Source of the DNA: Anaeromyxobacteraceae bacterium
GTDB taxonomy: Bacteria > Myxococcota > Myxococcia > Myxococcales > Anaeromyxobacteraceae
DNA length: 64,000 nucleotides
Assembly (NCBI GenBank): GCA_032654565.1
Contig: JAULAX010000018.1
Span: 64,001 to 128,000 of the forward strand
Direction of reading: 5' to 3'
Shown here: piece after piece, positions 19,143-29,278 of the stretch
Position numbering within the stretch: the first letter of the stretch is position 1
Layout of the letters: every line of letters starts with the position of its first letter
Notes under the pieces: model-generated
Database searches by the model: none
The model's input: only the letters and a program-made list of their open reading frames with translations
What the model was told of the DNA's origin: nothing
Program-made: the position numbers and the translations under genes

Positions 19143-19556
19143 ATGCTCGAGCCGGAGTTCCTTGACCTCAGCGACGTGCTGGAGCTCCATGAACGGCAGG
19201 TCGAGGCGTTCGGTGGCGCGCTCGGGCTGAGGGACCAGGGATTGCTCGAGTCGGCGGTGGCCATGCCGCAGGCCGCCTTCGGGGGCCAGTTCGTCCACGA
19301 GGGCCTCTTCGCCATGGCCGCCGCCTACGCCTTCCATATCGCAGAGAATCAGCCGTTCCTGGACGGGAACAAGCGGACCGGCCTCGGCGCAGCGCTGGTC
19401 TTTCTTCGCCTCAACGGCTTCCGAATCGCCGGTCAGGGCGAGGAACTCTTCGACGCCATGATCGCCATCGCCGAGCGCCGGCTCGACAAGGCCGGTCTGG
19501 CGGTCCTGCTCGAGAAACTCTCCCGGCCGTTCGACGGCGAGGGGACGCCCGGCTAG
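19143..19556 (+). CDS. doc: Doc/Fic family toxin
   Basis: GLRDQGLLESAVAMPQ; Fic motif variant NQPFLDGNKRTG. Confidence 0.88.
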   Translation: MLEPEFLDLSDVLELHERQVEAFGGALGLRDQGLLESAVAMPQAAFGGQFVHEGLFAMAAAYAFHIAENQPFLDGNKRTGLGAALVFLRLNGFRIAGQGEELFDAMIAIAERRLDKAGLAVLLEKLSRPFDGEGTPG

Positions 19557-19590
19557 CGACGCTCCCGCTTGCCACCGTCCTCCGACAGCT

Positions 19591-20220
19591 TCACGAATCC
19601 CCGCGCTCGCGCACCAGCGTCGCCAGCTCCTCCTGTCCCTCGGCCCGCAGCCCCTCCTCCACGCCGCGACGGTCGGCCTCGCTCCGGTTCTGGCTCACCT
19701 TCCACTTCCCCTCCAGCCGCGTCAGCGTCAGCTCCACCCCGACGATCCCCTGCAGCATGGCCTCCACGTATTCGGGCGGCGCGTCGCTCACCTTCCACGG
19801 GTGCGGCCGCGCCCCCTCGTGCCGGTCGGTGAGCCGGGTGACCAGGTCGAGGAGCCGCGCCCGATCCTCGAAGAAGCGGACCGTGCCGTGGGCGTGGATG
19901 GCGAGGTAGTTCCAGGTCGGCACCACGCGGCCCGACTCGCGCTTCGAAGGGTACCAGGAGGGGGTCACGTAGGCGTCGGGCCCGAGCACGATGGCCAGCG
20001 CCGCCGATCCGTCCGGGGTGGCGCTCCACTGCGGGTTGGCGCGGGCCACGTGGCCAACCAGCCGGCCGAGCGGGCCCGGCCCGGGTTCGAGCAGCAGCGG
20101 GAGGTGGCTGGCGTCGAGCCCGCCCGGTCCCGTGGTGACCAGGGTGGCGAGCCCTCCGCCGCGCAGGGCCTCGTGGAGGACCTCGACGCGGGGCTCGGAG
20201 AAGTGGGCCGGGACGTACAT
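19591..20220 (-). CDS. paiB: FMN-binding negative transcriptional regulator (PaiB family)
   Basis: MYVPAHF, GHVARANPQW, YVTPSWY, VPTWNY, GKWKVSQN. Confidence 0.9.
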   Translation of the reverse strand: MYVPAHFSEPRVEVLHEALRGGGLATLVTTGPGGLDASHLPLLLEPGPGPLGRLVGHVARANPQWSATPDGSAALAIVLGPDAYVTPSWYPSKRESGRVVPTWNYLAIHAHGTVRFFEDRARLLDLVTRLTDRHEGARPHPWKVSDAPPEYVEAMLQGIVGVELTLTRLEGKWKVSQNRSEADRRGVEEGLRAEGQEELATLVRERGDS

Positions 20221-20303
20221 GGCGGAAACCTACCGGGGGAGGGCGCCGCGCCGCAAACCCCCCCGGCCGGCCCGGGTGACGGCCGCCGCCGACCCGCCGC
20301 GTC

Positions 20304-21032
20304 TCACGCCACGTGATCCGCCAGCCAGCCCACCACCGGGGCGGCGGCGCGGGCCTGCTCGACCAGCCAGCCGGCCAGCGCCGGGCGGGTCAGCAGCTTC
20401 TTCGGCACGTCGGCCGGCGCCACCACCAGCCCCTTCATGCGGAGCAGCGCGGCGCGCGGGTGGTCGGGATCGACGCCGGCGGGAACGCGCTTGAGCGACT
20501 CGGCCGAGGAGACCGTGAAGCCTTCAGCCTCGAGCGGTCCGAGGAGCCGCGCCAGCGCCGCGCCGCGCTTCGGGTCGAGCAGCGCCGCCCGGTAGCGGCG
20601 CAGCGCGTCCGGCTCCAGCATCCAGCAGCCGCTCCCGGTCATGCGCTCGTCGACGCCGACGTGGAGGTAGATGGCGGCCGGGGTGGCGCCGGGGCTGGCG
20701 GCCTGGCCGGTCTCGAGCGGGATCCAGCCGGCCACGTGCGTCTTGTAGGGGGTCTTGTCCTTGCTGAAGCGGACGTCGCGGTTGATGCGGAAGACCTTGG
20801 GGGCGCCCAGCCCGCGCCGGCCGTAGGCGCCGCGCAGGCCGTCGCGCACCTGCTCGAGGAGCGCCGCCATGGGGGCGGCCCAGCCCTGCTGGTACTCCTC
20901 CCGGTGGGTGTTGAACCAGTCGCGGTCGTTGTGGAGCGCCAGGGCGAGGAAGAAGTCGCCCCGGGCGTCGGGGAAGCCGCGGAAGGTGGGGCCGGGGGGA
21001 GGGCGCCTTGACCATGCCGGTGACGGTGGCAC
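20304..21032 (-). CDS. DUF2461 family protein (start uncertain, possible +1 slip in a homopolymer)
   Basis: HNDRDWF, FRINRDVRFSKDKTPYKTH; in-frame GTG at 21032, out-of-frame ATG at 21015. Confidence 0.85.
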   Translation of the reverse strand: MPPSPAWSRRPPPGPTFRGFPDARGDFFLALALHNDRDWFNTHREEYQQGWAAPMAALLEQVRDGLRGAYGRRGLGAPKVFRINRDVRFSKDKTPYKTHVAGWIPLETGQAASPGATPAAIYLHVGVDERMTGSGCWMLEPDALRRYRAALLDPKRGAALARLLGPLEAEGFTVSSAESLKRVPAGVDPDHPRAALLRMKGLVVAPADVPKKLLTRPALAGWLVEQARAAAPVVGWLADHVA

Positions 21033-21132
21033 GCATGGCCTGGACTGACAATCCCGCGGCGCGTCTCCCCGGCCCGCCACGGCCCAGGCCGGGAGCCGTG
21101 CCTTCACCTCCCATCCACGGTAGGAACCAGCC

Positions 21133-21909
21133 ATGACCTCCGCCGCCACGCTGGCCCTGCTCGCCGCGCTCTCCCTGGGCAGCGACCCGGCGCCCGACCC
21201 GCTCGCCGCGCTGCAGCTGGCGCTCGGCAAGCTCGCCGCCCGGACCCCGGCCGCCGCCCGCTTCACCGTCCGCTTCGAGAACGTCACCGGCGACGGCAAG
21301 GAGGCGGTCCGGGTGGCCGGCGAGGTGGGAGGCGAGGTGGCGGAGGGGGCGACCGGCCTCGACATCCACTGGAGCCGGGCCGTGGTCCAGCAGGCGCGCG
21401 AGGAGGAGCGGCGCCACGCCACCAGCCCCGAGACGCCGACGCCGACCCGCGACGGCCTGGCGCAGGTGCAGGCCATCGACCTCGCCAACCGGCTCGACGC
21501 CGCCGGGTCGCTCCGCGACGAGCTCTCCCGCGCCACGCTGGTCGAGGAGAAGGACGACCTGTTCGAGGGGGCGCCGGCGCGGCTGCTGGTGCTGAAGCTG
21601 TCACCGGCGCTGCAGGCGCGCGAGCGGCGCTACCTGAAGGAGCTCGACGCCACCGGCAGGATCTGGCTCGGCGCCGACGGGATCCCGCTGGCGGCCGAGG
21701 CCAGGGTGCTCGGCAAGGGGCGCATCTTTTTGGTCATCACCTTCGAGACCGAGATCCGGCAGACTTGGCGCTTCACCCGCACCGGCGACCGGCTGGTGGC
21801 GGTGCGCCACGAGGACGAGCGGCGCTGGGCGGGGGCCGGCGACCGGGGCGAGCGCCGGAGCACCTCGGTGCTGGAGGTGCTCCCGGACGTCGCCCCGCCG
21901 GGCCGCTAG
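21133..21909 (+). CDS. Hypothetical exported protein
   Basis: RBS AGGA, signal peptide, GC3-biased codons. Confidence 0.7.
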   Translation: MTSAATLALLAALSLGSDPAPDPLAALQLALGKLAARTPAAARFTVRFENVTGDGKEAVRVAGEVGGEVAEGATGLDIHWSRAVVQQAREEERRHATSPETPTPTRDGLAQVQAIDLANRLDAAGSLRDELSRATLVEEKDDLFEGAPARLLVLKLSPALQARERRYLKELDATGRIWLGADGIPLAAEARVLGKGRIFLVITFETEIRQTWRFTRTGDRLVAVRHEDERRWAGAGDRGERRSTSVLEVLPDVAPPGR

Positions 21910-21925
21910 GGCCTGGGGCGCGGCG

Positions 21926-22603
21926 CTAGTACCAGTCGAAGCCGAGCCAGAGCGCCGCGGTGCTGCCGGAGGTCACGGTCAGGTTTCCGGAGTTGAACTT
22001 CTGCGCCGAGAGGTCGAGGTTGAGGGTCATGTTGAAGGAGCGCCCGATCCACAGGGCGTAGCCCGCCCCCACGGTGAAGTTGACGCCGGAGTTGGTCTCG
22101 GCGATCCGGTCGACGCCGTTGCTGACGTCGGCGGTGATGCGGCTGAGGCCAGCGCCGCCGCGCAGGAAGAAGCCGCGCTCCATGGGGAAGAAGGTGACCA
22201 TGGCGTCGTAGTTGGTGGTCTGGATCCCGACGGTCAGGCCCATGGCCGTCCCCTGGGTGCGCACGGCGGAGACGTCGAGGCCGAGCAGCAGCTTCGGCGT
22301 CATGGTGGCGCCCACCTTGAAGTTGAGGAAGACGGTGGTGGGATCGGTCAGCCCGTCGGTGAACTTGGTGGTCCCGCTGGCGTCGGTGGCGCTGCCGGAG
22401 CCGCCGCCGATGCCGAAGCCGATGTACCAGGTGTCACGCTTCTGGAAGGGTGGGGCGTAGGGGGCCGGGGACGGCGGCGGGGGCGGTTGCGGGGCGGGCG
22501 CGGCCACGGCGGCGGGTGGGGCCGCGGGCACCTCGGGGGGCGGCGCGTTCTGGGCCAGTGAAGCCAACGGCAGGGCGAGCAGCAGGGCGGCGATGGTACG
22601 CAT
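21926..22603 (-). CDS. Outer-membrane beta-barrel protein with Pro-rich N-terminal linker
   Basis: Signal MRTIAALLLALPLASLA, ~8 amphipathic strands, C-terminal GFDWY. Confidence 0.8.
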   Translation of the reverse strand: MRTIAALLLALPLASLAQNAPPPEVPAAPPAAVAAPAPQPPPPPSPAPYAPPFQKRDTWYIGFGIGGGSGSATDASGTTKFTDGLTDPTTVFLNFKVGATMTPKLLLGLDVSAVRTQGTAMGLTVGIQTTNYDAMVTFFPMERGFFLRGGAGLSRITADVSNGVDRIAETNSGVNFTVGAGYALWIGRSFNMTLNLDLSAQKFNSGNLTVTSGSTAALWLGFDWY

Positions 22604-22712
22604 GGACCTGACCTCCGAATAGGGGGCCCTCAGTAGACCACGACTGGCGGGGGAGGGGCGTGACGCCAATCACGCCTCCAAAGGGGACGTCCCTTCCGGT
22701 ACCATCCGTGCC

Positions 22713-23129
22713 ATGTGGACCCTCCAGCCGCGCGGCGACGCCGAGCAGGCCCTGGCCCGGCTGGCGCTGCTGGCCGCGGTGGCCGGGACGGTGCGGCTCG
22801 AGGAGCTGGGGGAGCTGCTGCGGCGCGAGGAGCACCGGGCCTGGTGGGCCGGTCACGGCCGCGACGTCATCAACGCCGCGGCGGTGCTGGCCCACTCGGC
22901 GGCGCTGGCGCTGCTCGGCTTCCCGCCCCCGGCGGCCTTCGTGGCCGGCGGGCTGCTCACCCTGGCGCTCACCGGGGTCTCGGCGCTGGAGGCCCGGCTG
23001 CCGGAGCGGGTCCACCCGCGCGCCCTGGCCATCGCCCTGGGGCTGGCGCTGGCGTCGCCGCTGCTGCTCTGGCCCTCCGGCGTGGTGGGCGGGCTGGACC
23101 GGCTGGCCGCCGCGCTCTTCGGCGGCTGA
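22713..23129 (+). CDS. Hypothetical membrane protein
   Basis: Several hydrophobic segments; GC3 bias. Confidence 0.6.
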   Translation: MWTLQPRGDAEQALARLALLAAVAGTVRLEELGELLRREEHRAWWAGHGRDVINAAAVLAHSAALALLGFPPPAAFVAGGLLTLALTGVSALEARLPERVHPRALAIALGLALASPLLLWPSGVVGGLDRLAAALFGG

Positions 23130-23138
23130 GCGGGCCCG

Positions 23139-23176
23139 AAAATGAAACGGGGCCGCCGGTTGCCCGGCGACCCCGT
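23139..23176 (-). terminator. Rho-independent terminator of groES-groEL
   Basis: Minus strand: ACGGGGTCGCCGG-GCAA-CCGGCGGCCCCGT followed by TTCATTTT. Confidence 0.85.
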
Positions 23177-23206
23177 GAGAGGTCCGCTCGCGAAAGCGGA
23201 GGCGGA

Positions 23207-24904
<1,698 letters not shown>

Positions 24905-25195
24905 CTAGCCTTCGACGATGGCGAGGATGTCTTCCTCGCGCATCATCAGCAGCTCTTCGCCGTCGACCTTGATCTCGGTGCCGGCGTACTTGGAGAAGAG
25001 GATCTTGTCGCCCTTCTTCACGTCGAGGGGGCGGACCTTGCCGTCCTCGAGGATCTTGCCGTTGCCGACGGCGATCACCTTGCCCTCGATCGGCTTCTCC
25101 TTGGCCGTCTCGGGGATGATGATGCCGCCCTTGGTCTTGGTCTCCTCTTCCTGCCGCTTGACGATGACTCGGTCCTGCAGCGGACGGATCTTCAT
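24905..25195 (-). CDS. groES: Co-chaperonin GroES
   Basis: [14 protein letters not shown]...[13 protein letters not shown]. Confidence 0.99.
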   Translation of the reverse strand: MKIRPLQDRVIVKRQEEETKTKGGIIIPETAKEKPIEGKVIAVGNGKILEDGKVRPLDVKKGDKILFSKYAGTEIKVDGEELLMMREEDILAIVEG

Positions 25196-25263
25196 GGACT
25201 GCCTCCTGGTACGTTGGGACGGCCCGCCTGTTGGGGGCGGGGCCGTTCGTGGGCGAAAGGGCC

Positions 25264-25290
25264 TTGGCAGTCGCAACACCCGAGTGCCAA
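25264..25290 (-). promoter_or_regulatory. CIRCE element (HrcA operator)
   Basis: TTGGCACTC-N9-GACTGCCAA versus consensus TTAGCACTC-N9-GAGTGCTAA, upstream of groES. Confidence 0.9.
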
Positions 25291-25300
25291 GGACGGGGGC

Positions 25301-25328
25301 ATGGTAATCACCGGCCGGCGGGTGTCAA
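25301..25328 (-). promoter_or_regulatory. Sigma70-type groES promoter
   Basis: TTGACA-16 bp-TACCAT just upstream of CIRCE. Confidence 0.7.
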
Positions 25329-25480
25329 GCGGCCGGGACGATTATTCAGCCGCCTGAAACGACAGGGGATTTGCGTGGCGTTCAGCAGTCGTCGCCACCG
25401 ACTGCCGATCTCGGGGGAGGGCCGGAAACGGCGAAGGGCGCCCGGAGGCGCCCTCGGTACCGCAGCCAGTCGCCCCGAAG

Positions 25481-25747
25481 CTACCGCAGGGTGCGGGTCT
25501 GGCTCGAGGAGATGGTGACCTTCTCGTTGTCGTACTTGCCGGAGAGGGCGTCGCGGACCGGGCGGTCGAAGCGGACCTTGCCGGTGGCGATCTCGCGCAG
25601 CGCCAGCACCGGGGACTTGTTCTTGGTGTTGGGCTGGAGCGGCCGGGCGCCGGCCATCAGCTGCCGCGCCCGCTTGGTGGCGAGCAGCACGAGGGCGAAG
25701 CGGTTATCGACGAGCGGCAGGCAGTCTTCGACGGTGACGCGGGCCAT
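25481..25747 (-). CDS. rpoZ: RNA polymerase omega subunit
   Basis: [10 protein letters not shown]...[16 protein letters not shown]...ALREIA. Confidence 0.97.
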   Translation of the reverse strand: MARVTVEDCLPLVDNRFALVLLATKRARQLMAGARPLQPNTKNKSPVLALREIATGKVRFDRPVRDALSGKYDNEKVTISSSQTRTLR

Positions 25748-25892
25748 GGTGGTGTCCTTTTCCTTGAAGCCGGGGAGATCTAGCCGGGATGGGGGCCGGG
25801 GTCAACCCGGCGGCCGGGGGGCGCCGGACGGGGGACGGGCGCTGGACGCCCCGCCGGAGCGGTGGCACCGTCGCCGCCGGAGGGCGTGAGCC

Positions 25893-27056
25893 ATGGCGGT
25901 GGTGGTCCAGAAGTACGGCGGCTCCTCGGTCGGCGACGTCGACAAGCTGCGGCGGGTGGCGGCCAAGGTGGCGGCCCGGCGCCGCGGCGGGGACGACCTC
26001 TGCGTGGTGGTCTCGGCCATGGGCGACACCACCGACGACCTGCTCCGCCTGGCCAAGCAGGTCTCGCCCGACCCGCCGCGCCGCGAGCTCGACATGCTGC
26101 TCACCGCCGGGGAGCGGATCTCCATGGCCCTGCTCTCCATGGCGCTGCAGGAGCAGGGGGTCGAGGCCATCAGCTTCACCGGCAGCCAGGCCGGCATCCT
26201 CACCACCGAGGCCCACGCCACCGCCCGCATCCTCGAGGTGCGGCCGACCCGCGTCCGCGAGGAGCTGGCCCGCGGCAAGGTGGTGATCGTGGCCGGCTTC
26301 CAGGGGGTCTCGGCCAGGAAGGAGATCACCACCCTGGGGCGCGGCGGCTCGGACACCACCGCGGTGGCGCTGGCGGCGGCGCTCGGCGCCGACTGCGAGA
26401 TCTACAGCGACGTGGCCGGGGTCTTCACCGCCGACCCGCGGGTGGTCCCGGAAGCGCGGCGCCAGCCCGAGCTCTCCTACGAGGAGATGCAGGCCCTGGC
26501 CCGGGCCGGGGCCAAGGTGCTCAACGCCCAGGCGGTGGAGTTCGCGCGGACCACCGGCATCACCATCCGGGCGCGGAGCAGCTTCGGCGGCGACGAGGAG
26601 ACGGTGGTGCGGGCCGGGCGCGGCGTCGAGCGGATCGCCGGCGTGGCGGTGGAGAAGGAGCTGGCGCTGGTGGACGTCCCGGCGGCGGACGGGGACCGGG
26701 CGCTGGCCCTGCTGGCGGCGGCGCAGGCGCCGGCGACGCCGGTGGAGGGTGGCCCGGGGCGGGTGGTGCTGGCGGTGGCGCTGGAGAACGTCCACGGCTT
26801 CGCGCCGCTGGCCGAGGCGCTGCGGCGCGAGCTCCCCGGGGTGCGGATCACCGCCGAGGGCGTGGGCGCGGTGACGGTGGTGGGGACCGGCGTGGCGGCG
26901 ACGCCGCGGGTGCGCCAGGCGCTGCTCGAGGCGCTGGCCGCGGCCGGGGGCGCGCCGCTGGCCGTCGAGAGCGGACCGCTCCAGGTCACCGTCTACGCCG
27001 AGCAACGACTGCTGGCCGAGCTGGCCCGCCAGGTTCACCATCGGTTGATGGGGTGA
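25893..27056 (+). CDS. lysC: Aspartate kinase
   Basis: [38 protein letters not shown]. Confidence 0.92.
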   Translation: MAVVVQKYGGSSVGDVDKLRRVAAKVAARRRGGDDLCVVVSAMGDTTDDLLRLAKQVSPDPPRRELDMLLTAGERISMALLSMALQEQGVEAISFTGSQAGILTTEAHATARILEVRPTRVREELARGKVVIVAGFQGVSARKEITTLGRGGSDTTAVALAAALGADCEIYSDVAGVFTADPRVVPEARRQPELSYEEMQALARAGAKVLNAQAVEFARTTGITIRARSSFGGDEETVVRAGRGVERIAGVAVEKELALVDVPAADGDRALALLAAAQAPATPVEGGPGRVVLAVALENVHGFAPLAEALRRELPGVRITAEGVGAVTVVGTGVAATPRVRQALLEALAAAGGAPLAVESGPLQVTVYAEQRLLAELARQVHHRLMG

Positions 27057-27213
27057 GGCGCGGCAGGGTGGCGCAGGCGCGGCCGCCGCCGGGGTCCCCG
27101 GGTCACGATGGGCGGGGCGCGGGCGACCCCCGGGTCACGGCGACCGCCACGGGTTCACGGGACGGCGCCGGCCGATCCAGTTGATATCGTGGGCGTCCCA
27201 TCCGGGACCTGCC

Positions 27214-27229
27214 GGGAACGGGGCTTGCT
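27214..27229 (+). promoter_or_regulatory. Putative sigma54 -24/-12 promoter
   Basis: GGGAACG-GGGC-TTGCT with exact GG-N10-GC spacing, ~30 nt before a small ORF. Confidence 0.5.
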
Positions 27230-27259
27230 CGGTAGATCCCCACCGGAGCGGAGGGGGCC

Positions 27260-27409
27260 ATGACCTTGCAGAAAGCCAGTCTCGCGTTGACCAGTGGGAT
27301 CCAGCGCCCCCTGCAGGTCCCTTCCGTGGACGACGCCCGGGCGCGCAGTGGGCGCTCGGTGGCGGTGGTGATCGCCGTGCTGGCCATCCTGGTGATGGTG
27401 GCGCTGTAG
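27260..27409 (+). CDS. 49-aa small protein with C-terminal transmembrane helix
   Basis: GGAGGGGG RBS; MTLQKASLALTSGIQRPLQVPSVDDARARSGRSVAVVIAVLAILVMVAL; below the ORF-track cutoff. Confidence 0.6.
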   Translation: MTLQKASLALTSGIQRPLQVPSVDDARARSGRSVAVVIAVLAILVMVAL

Positions 27410-27484
27410 CCGGCGGCGCCGGCCCGACCCGCGCAGACAAACAGCCCGCGCGGCCGCAGGGATCGGGCCCGTCGAGTGGCGCGC

Positions 27485-28369
27485 TCAGCGCCCCCAGTAG
27501 CCGCTGGCGCCGACGCCGGGGACGTCCTTGCGGAAGTCCATCTTCGGGTCGAGCCTGGCGAAGGTGCACATCTCACTGAGCCGCGAGTAGATCCGGTCGC
27601 CGACCCGCTGCGCCAGCGTCATGGCCTCGGCCTCGGCCCGGAAGTCCGGCGAGCGGGTGTCGCGGCGGCCCGGCTCCGGGGGCGCGCCGCGCGGCTCGAC
27701 GAAGTAGTTGGTGGCGAAGAGCGTGGAGAGGCCGCTGTTGAAGCGGCGGCTGATCAGCTCGTCGAGCATCGACTGCTCCCAGGGGGTGCCGCGCTCCTTG
27801 CCCAGCTCGTCGATGGCCAGCACCGGGACCGAGAGCAGCGGCCGCAGGATCTCCATGTGGCTGCGGCCGGCGCTGAAGCCGTCCTTCATGTCGGAGAGCA
27901 GCAGCATGAACTCGACGTAGCGGCTGGCCACCCCCTTCTCCAGCGCCAGCCAGCGCAGGGTGGAGGCCAGCAGGTGGGTCTTGCCGCCGCCGGGGCGGCC
28001 GTAGAAGAGGAAGCCCCGGGTCGGCTCGTCGCGGCGGAACTTGCGGGCGAAGTCCTCGGCGATCCCCTTGGCCGCCGACTGCTCCGGCGAGTAGAGCCGG
28101 AAGCTCTCGAAGCTGGCGGTGGCGAGCGTGGCCGGGATGCCGATCTGGTTGAAGAGGGCGAGCCGTTCGTCGAGGTGGCGGCAGGCGCAGGCCTGGGCCA
28201 CCGGGCCCGACGGGGAGGGGACCAGCGCGAAGCCGCTGCCGTTGCACCGGGTGCAGCGGGCCTGGCACTCGCAGCGGCGGGCCCGGGCCGGCTTGCCGAG
28301 CACCTGCTCGACCAGGTAGCCGGCGCCGCCGCAGGAGGCGCACGGGGTGCTCTCGACCGGGGTGGACAT
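27485..28369 (-). CDS. DnaC/DnaI/IstB-like AAA+ ATPase with N-terminal Zn-binding Cys motifs
   Basis: CxxC/CxC pairs, GRPGGGKTHL, LAIDELG, LISRRFN, DRIYSRL. Confidence 0.88.
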   Translation of the reverse strand: MSTPVESTPCASCGGAGYLVEQVLGKPARARRCECQARCTRCNGSGFALVPSPSGPVAQACACRHLDERLALFNQIGIPATLATASFESFRLYSPEQSAAKGIAEDFARKFRRDEPTRGFLFYGRPGGGKTHLLASTLRWLALEKGVASRYVEFMLLLSDMKDGFSAGRSHMEILRPLLSVPVLAIDELGKERGTPWEQSMLDELISRRFNSGLSTLFATNYFVEPRGAPPEPGRRDTRSPDFRAEAEAMTLAQRVGDRIYSRLSEMCTFARLDPKMDFRKDVPGVGASGYWGR

Positions 28370-28383
28370 AGAGGGCGCGGACT

Positions 28384-29058
28384 CTACACCGATCCCCGCA
28401 GGCTGGTCAGCCCGGCCTCGCGGGCGGCGTCGAGCAGGTGGTGGCGCAGCGTCGCGCGGTGGGCGCGGCGGCTGGCGCCCCGCGGGCGGGGGCCGGCCCG
28501 CAGCGCCAGGCGGGGTCCGAGCGAGGCGCGGCGGGGGCGGTCCAGCGAGCCGAGCCAGGCCGAGAGGAGGCGGGCGTCGGCGGCGGCGATGGCCGCCTCC
28601 ACCCGCGCCAGGGTGGCGCCGGGTCCGGCGGCGCCGAGCAGCGCGAGGGCCTCGCGGTAGCCGGCGCGCCAGGCGGGCGGGGCGCCCTCGCCGGCCTCGA
28701 CCAGCCGGGCCCGGGCCGCGGCCAGCCGGGCCTGCGCCGCGGCCGCCTCGGTCGCCGGCGGAGGAGGCGCATCGCCCACGGCGCGGGAGGAGAAGGCGCG
28801 CCACTCGTCCTCGACGGCGTAGCGCAGGGCCCGCAGCGAGCGGGGAGGGCTGGCGCCGGGGGCGCGGCGCTGCAGGAGCTCCTCCCAGCCGAACTTGAGC
28901 CCGCGCAGCACCACCGCCACCGGGAGGCCGCGCCGCTCCCAGCCGGCGATCAGCTCCTGGTCGAGCGGGGAGACCATCAACCCCTTGCCGGAGAGGCCGA
29001 GGAAGTACTCGGCCACCACCAGCTGGTAGGAGAGGTCTCCCGGGGCGAGGTCCGACAT
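28384..29058 (-). CDS. Hypothetical protein with DnaD-like N-terminal segment
   Basis: YF..LSGKGLMVSPLDQELIAGWERRGLPVAVVLRGL resembles the DnaD/DnaB_2 'LSPxExExIxxW' domain; directly upstream of the loader-like ATPase. Confidence 0.55.
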   Translation of the reverse strand: MSDLAPGDLSYQLVVAEYFLGLSGKGLMVSPLDQELIAGWERRGLPVAVVLRGLKFGWEELLQRRAPGASPPRSLRALRYAVEDEWRAFSSRAVGDAPPPPATEAAAAQARLAAARARLVEAGEGAPPAWRAGYREALALLGAAGPGATLARVEAAIAAADARLLSAWLGSLDRPRRASLGPRLALRAGPRPRGASRRAHRATLRHHLLDAAREAGLTSLRGSV

Positions 29059-29278
29059 GCTTCGGAGTCTAGCGGAGGAGGGTGACGGGGGGCGGGCCCG
29101 CCCCGGCCAGGCCGACGGGGGCGCGAGCGCAAGATCCAGGTTCGTCACCAAGATGACACAATCTCGAATTACCCAACTCCATCAGCCGGTTGTGTCTGTC
29201 GATTCGCCTGGTGCCCCGGTCGTGGGTGGCCTGGACGGCTTGTCCGGGGTCAAGTCCGGAGTGGATAGGGAGTTCCGG

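Noticed and set aside
27485..28369. IS21 IstB helper of an insertion sequence
   Set aside because: No IstA transposase or terminal repeats; N-terminal Zn motifs and context fit a helicase-loader type better.
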